Below are positions 47,916 through 57,678 of a stretch of DNA of 64,000 nt, in pieces. The DNA is from Akkermansia muciniphila (GTDB lineage Bacteria > Verrucomicrobiota > Verrucomicrobiia > Limisphaerales > SIAT01): NCBI GenBank assembly GCA_945860945.1, contig CAMASG010000001.1, positions 6,545 through 70,544 on the forward strand, given 5' to 3'. Position numbers and translations under genes: made by a program. The notes under the pieces were generated by a model that had not been told where the DNA came from, did not search any database, and saw only the letters and a program-made list of their open reading frames with translations. Each line of letters begins with the position of its first letter. Positions within the stretch are counted from its first letter, which is position 1.

Positions 47916-48617
47916 ATGTCGAAGAAACGCAATCGACCCATTGTCATCACCGCTGTCGTGCTGGTGGCGGTCTGGGCCGTGGCGTGGGTCGGCTATTCGG
48001 TGGCGCAACGCTCGAAGGTGACGCCGGAAAAAGTGCGCGAGTTTCTCACGACGGTGGACATCGATAAGCTCCCGCCCACCGAGCGCAAGGAAGCGATCCA
48101 GAAACTCGCCGCGATGGTGAACCAGCTTCAGAATCAGGAGCGTCGCGAGTTGCGCGGCGACCTCACCGACCGGAAGCGGCGCGATGCCGGCGAGACCAAC
48201 GCCGTCGGCGGTAGCGGCGAAGTGGCTCGCGGCACGAATCGTCCCCCCCGCGACGTCACCGGCGACCGTTGGTTCAAGCAAATGAACGACGACGAGAAGG
48301 CGATGTTCATCGAGGCCACATTCCCGAGCGGCTTCAAGCGGATCCTCGAGGCTTTCGAGAAGCTCCCGCCGGAGAAGCGGCAGAAAGCCGTGGCCGACGC
48401 GGTGAAACGCCTTCGCGAAGCGAACGCCAAAGGCCAACCTCCCGGCGCTTCTTCCAACACGAACAACCCGCCGCTCAGCAAGGAGCTGCAGGACAAGATC
48501 ACCGCCGTCGGTTTGAAGGCTTTCTACAGCCAAAGCTCCGCGCAGACCAAGGCCGAGCTCGCCCCGCTGCTGGATGAACTCCAACGCGCCATGCAGAGCG
48601 GCCGCGCCTTCCGCTGA
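47916..48617 (+). CDS. hypothetical N-terminally anchored protein
   Basis: A single TM helix (IVITAVVLVAVWAVAWVGY) followed by a charged helical region. It is the first gene of a four-gene same-strand cluster. Confidence 0.5.
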   Translation: MSKKRNRPIVITAVVLVAVWAVAWVGYSVAQRSKVTPEKVREFLTTVDIDKLPPTERKEAIQKLAAMVNQLQNQERRELRGDLTDRKRRDAGETNAVGGSGEVARGTNRPPRDVTGDRWFKQMNDDEKAMFIEATFPSGFKRILEAFEKLPPEKRQKAVADAVKRLREANAKGQPPGASSNTNNPPLSKELQDKITAVGLKAFYSQSSAQTKAELAPLLDELQRAMQSGRAFR

Positions 48618-48623
48618 GATTCG

Positions 48624-49190
48624 ATGCGCGCGCCCCTTCCATCCTCCGCGCGGTCGCTCCGAAGGGCCTTCACCCTGATCGAGTTGCTCGTCGTCATCGC
48701 CATCATCGGCATCCTCGCCTCCTTGCTCCTTCCCGGCTTTGCGAAGGCGAAAGAGAAGGCACGCTCGGCGAAATGCCTCGGCAACCTCAGGCAGATCGGC
48801 CTCGCCATCCAGACCTACGTGACGGACAACGACAACCTTATGCCGGTCTTGTTCGACCGCCCCGTCGGCATGTTCGCAATCGGCAATTCCATGGACGTCG
48901 TCCTGCTGAAACACGCCGGCTACAACAAGGAAGTCTTCAAGTGCCCCTCGGATAGACAGAACATCTTCCTGCAAACGGGATCCAGCTATGGATGGAACGT
49001 CTTCCTCAACGGACAACCGGCCGACAACCTCAAGGTTTTGGCGCTCGCTCTGACGGATAACGAGATCCCCGTCTTCTTCGACAAGGAAAAATTCCACGCC
49101 ACGCTCGGCACCGACGTGGATGTGAACTACCTCTACGCCGACGGCCACATCAAGAACCAACTCGTCGTCGGTGGCTCGATCTTCCCTTGA
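48624..49190 (+). CDS. prepilin-type N-terminal cleavage/methylation domain protein (pseudopilin-like)
   Basis: [27 protein letters not shown]-terminus and C-terminal LYADGHIKN. Confidence 0.8.
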   Translation: MRAPLPSSARSLRRAFTLIELLVVIAIIGILASLLLPGFAKAKEKARSAKCLGNLRQIGLAIQTYVTDNDNLMPVLFDRPVGMFAIGNSMDVVLLKHAGYNKEVFKCPSDRQNIFLQTGSSYGWNVFLNGQPADNLKVLALALTDNEIPVFFDKEKFHATLGTDVDVNYLYADGHIKNQLVVGGSIFP

Positions 49191-49196
49191 ATCGTC

Positions 49197-50117
49197 GTGA
49201 TTGAACTGAAGCAACTCTCCAAGAAGTTCGGCGACCGCTGGGCGCTCCGCTCCCTCGACCTCACGGTTTCGCACGGCGAGATCTTCGGTTTGCTCGGCCA
49301 CAACGGCGCCGGCAAGAGCACCGCCATCGGCATGATGCTCGGGCAGGTCTGGCCGACCGCAGGCGAGGCGATTATCTGCGGCCACGACGTCGCCGAGAAC
49401 CGCCCCCGCGCACTCCACAAGGTCGGCGCCATCTTCGAGACGCCTGTCTTCTACGATTACCTCAGCGGCTGGCGGAACCTCGAGATCCTCAGCCAATACA
49501 CCGCGCCCACCGCGCCCGCCCGCATGCGCGAGGTGCTCGAATGGGTCGGCCTCACCGGCCGCGAGATGGCCAAGGTCAAGACCTACTCCCACGGCATGCG
49601 CACCCGATTGGCTCTCGCGCAGGCATTGCTCCCCAACCCCGAGCTTCTCATCCTCGACGAGCCGAGCGACGGCCTCGACCCCGAGGGCATCCACGAGATG
49701 CGTGAGACCATCCTGCGGCTCCGGCACGAATTGGGCCTCACCATCCTGCTCTCCTCCCATCTCTTGAACGAAGTGGAGCAACTCTGCACGCGCATCGCCG
49801 TCTTGAACCAAGGCGTGAAGGTCTTCGACGGCACTTTGGAACAGATCCGCCAGAGCCGGCTCGGCTGGGTGCGGCTGAACGTGGGCGACTTCACGGCCGC
49901 GCTCGCCGACCTCTGCGCGCAGCAGCTCGTCACCGACGCCCGCGATGGTTCCCACGTGATCCTCGCCCCCGGCGTGCGGACCGACGCCCTCGTACGGCGG
50001 CTTGTGGAGCAGGGGATGCCGCTCTTCGAGATCGTCCACGAAGAGCAGACGCTCGAAGGGTTCTACTTGGACCTCATGAAGAAGAAAGAGGAGCCCGTCG
50101 TGCCGGTTCAGGGCTGA
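49197..50117 (+). CDS. ABC transporter ATP-binding protein (ABC-2 subfamily partner)
   Basis: Walker A GHNGAGKST, signature YSHGMRTRL and Walker B LLILDEP. GTG start. Confidence 0.9.
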   Translation: MIELKQLSKKFGDRWALRSLDLTVSHGEIFGLLGHNGAGKSTAIGMMLGQVWPTAGEAIICGHDVAENRPRALHKVGAIFETPVFYDYLSGWRNLEILSQYTAPTAPARMREVLEWVGLTGREMAKVKTYSHGMRTRLALAQALLPNPELLILDEPSDGLDPEGIHEMRETILRLRHELGLTILLSSHLLNEVEQLCTRIAVLNQGVKVFDGTLEQIRQSRLGWVRLNVGDFTAALADLCAQQLVTDARDGSHVILAPGVRTDALVRRLVEQGMPLFEIVHEEQTLEGFYLDLMKKKEEPVVPVQG

Positions 50118-50120
50118 TTT

Positions 50121-50957
50121 ATGTTCTGGCTTCAACTCCGCGGTGAACTCTGGAAGCTCTTCGGCAAGAAGCGCACCTATATCGGCTTCGGCATGTTCCT
50201 GCTCGCGCAGACCATCGTCGCCCTCGTGTTCCGCTTCTCCAACGCCTCGCGCGAAATGGTCCGCACCCTCGAAGGCAACAGCTATGTCGCCAACTATTAC
50301 GTCTCCAGCCTGACGATCGCGACGATCATGCTCTTCCCCATCGCCTACATGCTGCTCCCCCTCTACGTCTCCCTCGTCGGCGGCGACCTCGTCGCGAAGG
50401 AAGCGGAGGATGGCACCCTGCGGATGATCCTCTCCCGGCCGATCACGCGGTTCCGCCTGCTCTTCGTGAAATGGCTCGCGGGTGTCCTCTTTTCCCTCCT
50501 ACTCGTAGCAGTCCTCGGCTTCACCGGCGTGGCGTCCGCCGCGCTCTGGTTCCCGTGGGGCGGCATGTTCGTATTCATCCCCGGGGAAGTCTTCAGCGTG
50601 TTCGGCCCAGCCGACGGCCTCTTCCACTTCACCATCGCCCACGGGATGTTGTGGGCGAAAGCCGTCACCGTGATGGGACTGGCCTTCATGTTCTCCTGCT
50701 TCAACGTGAAGCCGGCCGCCGCCACCGTCCTCGCGCTCTCCTTCGTCTTCCTCAACTTCATCCTGATGAACATCCCGTTCTTCAAGGAGATCCAGCACTG
50801 GTTCTTCACCTACCACCTGAACCTCTGGCAAGGGATGCTCGTCGAGCCGATTCCGTGGTGGAAAGTGGGCAGCTCCCTCATCGTATTGGCCGCCTTCAAC
50901 ATCACCTTCTTCCTCATCGGCAGCACTGCCTTCCAAGTCCGCGACATCAAGTCGTAA
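50121..50957 (+). CDS. ABC-2-type transporter permease
   Basis: 278 aa with six predicted TM helices. It starts 3 nt after the ATPase stop. Confidence 0.8.
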   Translation: MFWLQLRGELWKLFGKKRTYIGFGMFLLAQTIVALVFRFSNASREMVRTLEGNSYVANYYVSSLTIATIMLFPIAYMLLPLYVSLVGGDLVAKEAEDGTLRMILSRPITRFRLLFVKWLAGVLFSLLLVAVLGFTGVASAALWFPWGGMFVFIPGEVFSVFGPADGLFHFTIAHGMLWAKAVTVMGLAFMFSCFNVKPAAATVLALSFVFLNFILMNIPFFKEIQHWFFTYHLNLWQGMLVEPIPWWKVGSSLIVLAAFNITFFLIGSTAFQVRDIKS

Positions 50958-51101
50958 GACCGGCCGCGCTTTCACTCTCACCCCTCATCCGATGAGCGGT
51001 AGGGGTGAAAATATCCGAACGACACGCCGTCCTTCCCCATTCGCTCGGAAAGCCGGTAGGGCGCATCTGTCCTCAGCGTGCCGGTTGAGGAGTATGGAAA
51101 C

Positions 51102-51129
51102 AAAAAAGCCCCGCCAGGTTGGCGGGGCT
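51102..51129 (-). terminator. intrinsic terminator of the RNase G gene
   Basis: On the minus strand: AGCCCCGCC-AACCT-GGCGGGGCT followed by TTTTTT. Confidence 0.75.
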
Positions 51130-51151
51130 TTGGTGTGAGTGTGGGGTGGGT

Positions 51152-53149
51152 TCAGAGGCCGACGCTGGCGAGGTCTTCGTTCGTGGCGGCGTTGACGATC
51201 TTGAACTGCTCGGGATGGAAGGCCGGCTCGGCGCGGAAGGAGAGCTTGCCGAAGAATTTCTTCTCCATCTCGATGAGGAGTTTCTCATCCTCTTTGCGGA
51301 GGCGATCGAGGATGGTGGGGTTCACGACGATGCGGATCTGCATGTCGAGGTCGCGTTCCTGGCGTGAGCGCATGTTCTTCATGACTTCGGCCAGCTTGCG
51401 CTGGATCTCGACGCTCATGGAGATGGGGCTTTTCACTTTGCCACGGCCTTTACAGTAGGCGCAGTCGTCATAGACGGCGGCGCTGACGCTTTCGGAGTGG
51501 CGTTGGCGGGTCATCTCCATCAGGCCGAGCTGGGTGATGGGGAGGATGTGGGTCTTGGCTTTGTCGCGGCGGAGGCCGTCCTTCATGCGTTGATAGACTT
51601 GCTGGCGGTCGCGGCCGTGGCGCATGTCGATGAAGTCGAGGACGATGAGGCCGCCCATGTTGCGGAGGCGGAGTTGGCGGCAGATCTCCTCGGCGGCCTC
51701 GAGGTTGACCTTGAGGATGGTGGATTCCTGGTCTTTGCCGCCTTTGTGGGAGCCGGTGTTGACGTCGATGGCGACGAGGGCCTCGGTTTCATCGATGACG
51801 ATGTAGCCGCCGCTGCGGAGGGTGACCTTGCGTGAGAAGGCGATCTCGAGCTGCTTGGAGACGTTGTAGCGATCGAAGACGGGCTGGGCTTCGTTGTAGA
51901 GGGTGACCTTGTTCTTCGAGCGGCGGGAGATGCGGCCGACGAGCTCGCGCATGCGTTCGCACTCTTTGGGGTTGTCGATGACGATGCTGTCCACATCTTC
52001 GGTGAGGAAGTCGCGGACGGTGCGCTCGATGAGGTCGGGCTCCTGGAAGACACAGGTGGCGCTGGGCTGTTTCTCGATGCGTTCTTTGATGCGCTCCCAT
52101 TCTTCGATGAGCATAGCGACGTCGCGCACGAAGTAGCGGGTCTGCTGTCCCTCGCCGGCGGTACGGATGATGACGCCCATGCCGTCGGGGATGGTGAGCT
52201 TGCGGACGATGTCCTTGAGGCGGCGGCGTTCCTCGATGTCTTCGATCTTGCGCGAGACGCCGCTCTGGTCGGAGTTCGGGAGGAGGACGAGGTAGCGGCC
52301 GGGAAGGGCGAGGTGCGTGGTGACGCGGGGGCCTTTCGTGCCGATGGGGCCTTTGGTGACCTGGATGATGAGGTCGCTGCCGGTGGGATAGAGGCGGGGG
52401 ATGTCTTTCTTGGTGATGCGCGGCTTGTCGCGCTTCTTGACGGCGCGCTCGACGATCTCGACGCCGCTGTCGAGGTTGCTCGGCACGATGTCCCAGTAAT
52501 GAAGGAAGGCGTTCTTCTCGAAGCCGATGTCCACGAAGGCTGCTTCGAGGCGGTCTTCGAGGTTTTTCACCTTGCCCTTGAAGATGCTGTGGACGATGCG
52601 CTCCTCGCTGGTGCGCTCGATGGTGAACTCCTCGAGCTTGCTATCCTCGAGAACGGCGACGCGGGTCTCGAGCGACTCGGCGTTGATGATGACTTCCTTG
52701 CGGATCTTCTTCTCGGGCGCGACGAACTGCTTGACCCTCTCGACGACCTTCTGGGCGACGGCCTTGATGGTCTCGATGAAGCCCTTGGGCTTCTGAATGG
52801 GCTTGGCGACCTGCTCGGCTGCGGGTTCATCGGCCTTGGGCTCGCGGAAGGCGCGGTCTCTGCGGCCCTCGCCCCGTTTGGGCGCGGCTTGGTCGGGTTG
52901 GTCGGGGTGCGCATCGCCGTCGGCGGGGATGCCGTGGGCGACGTTCTCGGCGCGAATGATGTCGGCCTCGTGCCGGCGCTTGTCATAGACGGCTTCGTCG
53001 CCGCCCTGTCCGGAGACGGTACCGGAGACGGCACCGGTGCGGGCCTCGGCGGCGGCGGACTGGTCCGCGTGCTGGGGTTGATGCATCCCGCCTTTGGGGC
53101 GGAAACGTTGGCCGCCACGACGGCGGCGGGAGGGTTGGGGAGCGTTCAT
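51152..53149 (-). CDS. rng: Rne/Rng-family ribonuclease (RNase G-type core with a ~150-aa disordered N-terminal extension)
   Basis: S1 domain (SIFKGKVKNL), catalytic core (GGLIVLDFIDM) and the Zn-link CxxC (CAYCKGRG). Its position downstream of the mreBCD-mrdA-rodA string parallels the mre-rng linkage known in E. coli. Confidence 0.85.
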   Translation of the reverse strand: MNAPQPSRRRRGGQRFRPKGGMHQPQHADQSAAAEARTGAVSGTVSGQGGDEAVYDKRRHEADIIRAENVAHGIPADGDAHPDQPDQAAPKRGEGRRDRAFREPKADEPAAEQVAKPIQKPKGFIETIKAVAQKVVERVKQFVAPEKKIRKEVIINAESLETRVAVLEDSKLEEFTIERTSEERIVHSIFKGKVKNLEDRLEAAFVDIGFEKNAFLHYWDIVPSNLDSGVEIVERAVKKRDKPRITKKDIPRLYPTGSDLIIQVTKGPIGTKGPRVTTHLALPGRYLVLLPNSDQSGVSRKIEDIEERRRLKDIVRKLTIPDGMGVIIRTAGEGQQTRYFVRDVAMLIEEWERIKERIEKQPSATCVFQEPDLIERTVRDFLTEDVDSIVIDNPKECERMRELVGRISRRSKNKVTLYNEAQPVFDRYNVSKQLEIAFSRKVTLRSGGYIVIDETEALVAIDVNTGSHKGGKDQESTILKVNLEAAEEICRQLRLRNMGGLIVLDFIDMRHGRDRQQVYQRMKDGLRRDKAKTHILPITQLGLMEMTRQRHSESVSAAVYDDCAYCKGRGKVKSPISMSVEIQRKLAEVMKNMRSRQERDLDMQIRIVVNPTILDRLRKEDEKLLIEMEKKFFGKLSFRAEPAFHPEQFKIVNAATNEDLASVGL

Positions 53150-53160
53150 AAATAGGTAGG

Positions 53161-54378
53161 TTAAAGACTTTTCTGGTGGAGATGGACGTTCTGCAGGAGG
53201 CCTGCGGCGACTAACGAGCAGATAACTGAGGATCCCCCGTAACTCAACAGGGGCAGTGGCACGCCCGTCACAGGCATTAGGCGGATGTTCATTCCGATGT
53301 TCACAAAGACGTGGCTGAATAGCAGGGTTACCACGCCCACGGCCAGCAATTTCCCCAAACGATCGCGCGTTTGGCTGGCGATACGGATGCCGGCGAAGAG
53401 GACGGTGGCATACAGTGCCAGCACGAAGAGGCTACCGACGAACCCGCTCTCCTCCGCGATGACGGAGAAGATAAAGTCGTTGTGAGCCACGCCGCGGGGC
53501 AGGTAACCGAGGGCATTCTGGGTTCCCTGCCGCCATCCTTTACCCGTCAGCCCACCTGAGCCGACGGAAATCATTGCCTGTTCGACATTGTATGAATCGC
53601 GCCGCTGATCGGCCAAGGCGCGGGCGCGCTCGGCTGGTGTCGCGTTGGCGGGCGCGTAGTTCATGCCGAAATAAACGAGGAGCCGGCGCTTCTGGTAATC
53701 CTCGAGCTTGATCACCTGCCATTTCGGCGGAGCGAAAAGAATGCTGACGACGAGCAGGAGCACGAAGATCGCGCCGCCGCCCATGAAACGCTTGAGGAAC
53801 TGCGTCGGCACGCCGCCGACGTAGAGCATCGCGAGTCCCGGCGGCACGATCATCAACGCCGAGCCCAGGTCCGGCTCTTTCAAGACCAGCAGGAATGGGA
53901 GCGCCATTAAACCGAAGGCTTTCAGCAACGTGCGGGGTTGGCGGAGTTCTTCCTGCGGTCGGCTGAGGAACTGGGCCATCGCGAGGATGACCGCGAGCTT
54001 GGCGAACTCCGACGGTTGGAGTTGGAAGAGCCCGAGATCAATCCAGCGGCGCGCGCCGTAACGCATCGCGCCGATGCCGGGGATGAGCACGGCCACCAGC
54101 AGCAGAGTGGTGCCCCAGTAGAAGACCAGCGACCAGCGCGCGATGGTGCGGTAATCCTTCAGACAGACGAGCACCGCGCCAATCATCCCGAGGGAGTACC
54201 AGATGATCTGGCGGAAATGGAGTTGCTTGTGCCACGCGATCAACGCGCTGGCCTCGTGCGCGGCGCGCGCGCTGTAGATGAAAGCGACGCCCAACGCCAT
54301 CAACCCCAGCAGCGCGAAGAGCAGCAGGCCGTCCGGCCGGAGCCTGCGTTGATGGGTGGTGAGCGCGGCGTCGAACAT
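53161..54378 (-). CDS. rodA: rod-shape-determining SEDS protein RodA
   Basis: FtsW/RodA/SpoVE motifs (QPSEFAKL, LPEAHTDFIF-like GVAHNDFIFSVIAEE, PLPLLSYGGSS). Confidence 0.9.
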   Translation of the reverse strand: MFDAALTTHQRRLRPDGLLLFALLGLMALGVAFIYSARAAHEASALIAWHKQLHFRQIIWYSLGMIGAVLVCLKDYRTIARWSLVFYWGTTLLLVAVLIPGIGAMRYGARRWIDLGLFQLQPSEFAKLAVILAMAQFLSRPQEELRQPRTLLKAFGLMALPFLLVLKEPDLGSALMIVPPGLAMLYVGGVPTQFLKRFMGGGAIFVLLLVVSILFAPPKWQVIKLEDYQKRRLLVYFGMNYAPANATPAERARALADQRRDSYNVEQAMISVGSGGLTGKGWRQGTQNALGYLPRGVAHNDFIFSVIAEESGFVGSLFVLALYATVLFAGIRIASQTRDRLGKLLAVGVVTLLFSHVFVNIGMNIRLMPVTGVPLPLLSYGGSSVICSLVAAGLLQNVHLHQKSL

Positions 54379-54381
54379 GGT

Positions 54382-56289
54382 TCAGCGGTTCACTTGAGTG
54401 ACGGACGGGAGCGACCGGCTCCGTTCCAGTTGTTGGATCGCGCGATAAATCTTTTGCGCGACCGGCGCGCAGGTGCCGCCGCCGGAACTGCCGCTCTCGA
54501 TCATCACCACCACCACGTATTTCGGATTCTCGTATGGCGCGAAGGAGACGAACCACGTGATCTTGTCCACGTTTCGACCGCCGCGCTGGACCTCGGCCGT
54601 GCCGGTCTTGCCGCCGATCTTCATGCCGGGCACAGCGGCGCGCCGGCCGGTGCCTTCGGGATCTTCCACATCGGCCAACATCGCATCGCGGATGGTGTCG
54701 AGGTTCTTCGGGTTCACGTTCAAATCACCGCGCAACCGTGCGGCGGGGAATTGCTCGACCGGATTCACCGCGTCGGCCTCGGGCGACTCGATGCGGTCCA
54801 CCAAACGCGGCCACCAGACTTTGCCGCCGTTCACGACGGCGCTCGTCATCACCGCCATTTGCAGCGGCGTGACGGTGACGGGGCCTTGGCCGATGGAAAG
54901 ATTTGCGGTGTCGCCCGGCGCCCAGCCTTCACGGAGCTTCGCGCGATCAGGAAACTGTCCGGCGACTTCCTGTCCGGGGAGGAGTCCAGTGCTCTTGCCG
55001 AGGAAGAAACGTTCGCCCATTTCGGTGAGCCGATCGGGGCCGGCCTGGAGCGCGTGGTGGATGAAGTAGGTGTTGCTCGAATGGATGAACGCGCGGCGAA
55101 AATTGTAGTTACCCGCCGGGGCGGTGTCTTTGATGGTGCGGCGGCCGAGTTGGAAGTGGCCGGGGCTCGAAAAAATCTCGGCGGGATTCAATCCGCCCGC
55201 TTCAAGCGCGGCGAGGCCGGTGATGATTTTGAAGATCGAGCCCGGCGGATAACGTTCCTGCGTGGCGCGCAGAATGAGCGGGCGCAGCTGCGGATCGCGC
55301 AGCCGATCCCAGGCGTCCGAATCGATGCGCGGGACGAAGTCGCCGGGGTTGAACGTCGGCGCGGAAGCGATCGCGAGGATGTCGCCGTTGGTCGGGTCCA
55401 TCACCACGACGGCGCCTTCCACGTCCGGCCGCGCAGTGGCGAGCGCTTGTTCGGCGGCGCGCTGAATGGCGAGGTCGAGTGTGAGCACCACGTTGTGGCC
55501 AGCACCCGCCGGTGTGCTCATGTGCTCGGATTGCCGGTAGCCGAGATTGTTCACGAGCATCGTCCGCGTGCCCGCGCGGCCGCGGAGCTTTTGATCGAAC
55601 AACGATTCAATGCCGGTGCGCCCGACGAAATCCGGCATGCGATAGTGGTAGAACGAATCCTCATCCTCGGATGAGCTGTCGTCGCGTTTGAGATAACCGA
55701 TCAAGTGCGCGGCCGCCGCATGCGGATACGTGCGCGAGGAAGCGACGGCGACATCGAGCCCGGGCACCGCGCCACCGCGCTCCATGAAAACCGCGACTTG
55801 CGCGGGCGTGAGATCGCGCACGACAGGCAGCGGCAGCGCGAGCTTGTTGGTGTAATGCCAGTGGAGCTGCGGCTCGGTGAGCGTCATCGGCACCGGCAGC
55901 CGAAGCTGGTTCACGAAATTGCTCACGGTGTTGAAGCGAACCTGTTTTTCAAGCGCGCTGACTTGGGCGCGCGTCAATTTTCCAGGAGTCCGGCGACGGC
56001 GATATTCCTGTTGGAAATGCGGACGCAGCTCATCGAGGTAGGCGTTCACATGATACACGGGCCGGTCGAATGCGAGCGGTTGGTGATGGCGATCGGTGAT
56101 TTGTCCCCGCACGGCCGGCACACGCAGCGTGCGCATCGATTGATTCTGCTGCGCTTCGAGATGCCGCTTGCCGGAAACGACCTGCACGTGCCACAGCCCC
56201 ACCAGCAGCACGGCCAAGCCCGCGACCAACGCCAGTGCGATGAAGCGCAGCGCGGGATCTTGGCGGCCGATTTGTGGGAAGAGCATCAT
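54382..56289 (-). CDS. mrdA: penicillin-binding protein 2 (elongasome transpeptidase)
   Basis: PPGSIFK (SxxK), SSN and KTGTA motifs. Confidence 0.9.
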   Translation of the reverse strand: MMLFPQIGRQDPALRFIALALVAGLAVLLVGLWHVQVVSGKRHLEAQQNQSMRTLRVPAVRGQITDRHHQPLAFDRPVYHVNAYLDELRPHFQQEYRRRRTPGKLTRAQVSALEKQVRFNTVSNFVNQLRLPVPMTLTEPQLHWHYTNKLALPLPVVRDLTPAQVAVFMERGGAVPGLDVAVASSRTYPHAAAAHLIGYLKRDDSSSEDEDSFYHYRMPDFVGRTGIESLFDQKLRGRAGTRTMLVNNLGYRQSEHMSTPAGAGHNVVLTLDLAIQRAAEQALATARPDVEGAVVVMDPTNGDILAIASAPTFNPGDFVPRIDSDAWDRLRDPQLRPLILRATQERYPPGSIFKIITGLAALEAGGLNPAEIFSSPGHFQLGRRTIKDTAPAGNYNFRRAFIHSSNTYFIHHALQAGPDRLTEMGERFFLGKSTGLLPGQEVAGQFPDRAKLREGWAPGDTANLSIGQGPVTVTPLQMAVMTSAVVNGGKVWWPRLVDRIESPEADAVNPVEQFPAARLRGDLNVNPKNLDTIRDAMLADVEDPEGTGRRAAVPGMKIGGKTGTAEVQRGGRNVDKITWFVSFAPYENPKYVVVVMIESGSSGGGTCAPVAQKIYRAIQQLERSRSLPSVTQVNR

Positions 56290-56293
56290 CGGG

Positions 56294-56839
56294 TCAGCGG
56301 CGGGTTTGGTTACGGCGAAGCGCGCGCGGATCCGGCGCGACCGTCGGGTGGATGAACGCGTTTTCTAGTGAATCGAACAGGCGGAAATAAATCGGGACAA
56401 GCAGGCCGCTGCCGACGGACATCACGGCGAGTTGCCACGCGAAGAACCAGCCTGCGAGCGGTTCGCGGCCGAGCGTGAAAAGTTGGAGCAACATGAGCAA
56501 CGGCACCACTGCGCCGGCGATCGCGCCGACCATGAAGCGCGCGTAGAACTGGTCGCCGACGATGATTTGGCGGTTGATATGAATGACCGCGCCGATTGCG
56601 GTGAGCGGCAGCAGGCTGAGGCCGAGCGGGTCGGCGGAGAGCGCATCGCGCCAGAGTGCGCCGAGGATAATCACGGCGAGCAGGGCAGGGAAGTTGGCTC
56701 GCAGCGCAGCGAACACGACGAGTGCCGGCAGTGTGGCGATCTGCGCGCCGATCAACGTGTGCGGCCACGCGACCACGCTTTCCACGTAGAGACTCAGCAG
56801 AGCGACGAGCGGCAGGGTGATGAGATGGAAGCGGTTCAT
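56294..56839 (-). CDS. mreD: rod-shape-determining protein MreD
   Basis: Small polytopic membrane protein. Its ATG overlaps the mreC stop (ATGA) and its operon position fits mreD. Confidence 0.8.
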   Translation of the reverse strand: MNRFHLITLPLVALLSLYVESVVAWPHTLIGAQIATLPALVVFAALRANFPALLAVIILGALWRDALSADPLGLSLLPLTAIGAVIHINRQIIVGDQFYARFMVGAIAGAVVPLLMLLQLFTLGREPLAGWFFAWQLAVMSVGSGLLVPIYFRLFDSLENAFIHPTVAPDPRALRRNQTRR

Positions 56840-57642
56840 GGCGTGATCACCCACACTTCCTCCAACCGGCCGGTGTTGACGGCGAACCGCACGCGCGCGG
56901 TGGTGTGCAGATCGCCATCGGACGGCTGAAATTCACTGACGACACCGACGGGAATGCCTTTTGGAAACACGCCGCCGAGACCGCTGGTGACGAGATTTTG
57001 CCCGGCTTTCACGGCGCTGTTCGCTGGAAGATAAACCAGATCGGCCATCATCGGATTGCTGGCGGTGGCGGCGCCGGGGACGACGATGCCTTGCTCGCGC
57101 GTTTCCTGCACGAGGACGGCGATGCGGCAGGCAGGGTCGCCGACGAGCGCGACTTGCGAATGCGTGTAGCCGACTTGCTGGACGCGGCCGACGAGGCCTT
57201 CGACGACGATCACGGGGGCGTCGTTGGTGATGCCGTTGCGCGAGCCGAGATCAATCTGAAACGTGCGCCACCAGTTGGCGGGGTCGCGACTGGTCACGCG
57301 GGCGAGGCGGAGTTTCCATGGCGCGCGCTGTTGCCAGAGAAGTTGCTGGCGGAGACGCGTGTTCTCACGAGCGGCCTCTTGAAGTTGGGTGGTCTGGAGG
57401 CGGAGTTGCTGGTTGGTGCGCTGGAGTTCGCCGAGTTGTTGAAGGAGAATTGCGCGAGGCACGCCGGTGTCCACCGCCTTTTGACCGACGGTCTGGCTTG
57501 CGGAAGAGAGGCCGAAGAGCGGCAGGAAAAAGCCGCCGAGGGCGAGCTTGAGGCGCGTGGTGGCGGCCTGGGGCAGGTTCAGAAGAACCAGCGCCAGCAG
57601 CGCAATCAATCCCAAGGCAATGTAATGTTGCCTTCTAAACAT
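56836..57642 (-). CDS. mreC: rod-shape-determining protein MreC
   Basis: N-terminal TM helix, a coiled coil (LQTTQLQEAARENTRLRQQL) and beta-barrel domains (PVIVVEGLVGRV, LVTSGLGGVFPKGIPVG). ATG at 57642 is preferred; a GTG at 57669 is possible. Confidence 0.85.
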   Translation of the reverse strand: MFRRQHYIALGLIALLALVLLNLPQAATTRLKLALGGFFLPLFGLSSASQTVGQKAVDTGVPRAILLQQLGELQRTNQQLRLQTTQLQEAARENTRLRQQLLWQQRAPWKLRLARVTSRDPANWWRTFQIDLGSRNGITNDAPVIVVEGLVGRVQQVGYTHSQVALVGDPACRIAVLVQETREQGIVVPGAATASNPMMADLVYLPANSAVKAGQNLVTSGLGGVFPKGIPVGVVSEFQPSDGDLHTTARVRFAVNTGRLEEVWVITP

Positions 57643-57678
57643 CTCTTCACCCGTGTGGGGCGAAGGCACCGTGGGGGA

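Noticed and set aside
47871-50135. 754-aa minus-strand ORF spanning four plus-strand genes
   Set aside because: It lies antisense to four well-supported genes (Walker motifs, pseudopilin N-terminus). Its composition (Arg/Gly/Ala/Glu/His-rich, no motifs) is typical of stop-free antisense frames in GC-rich DNA.
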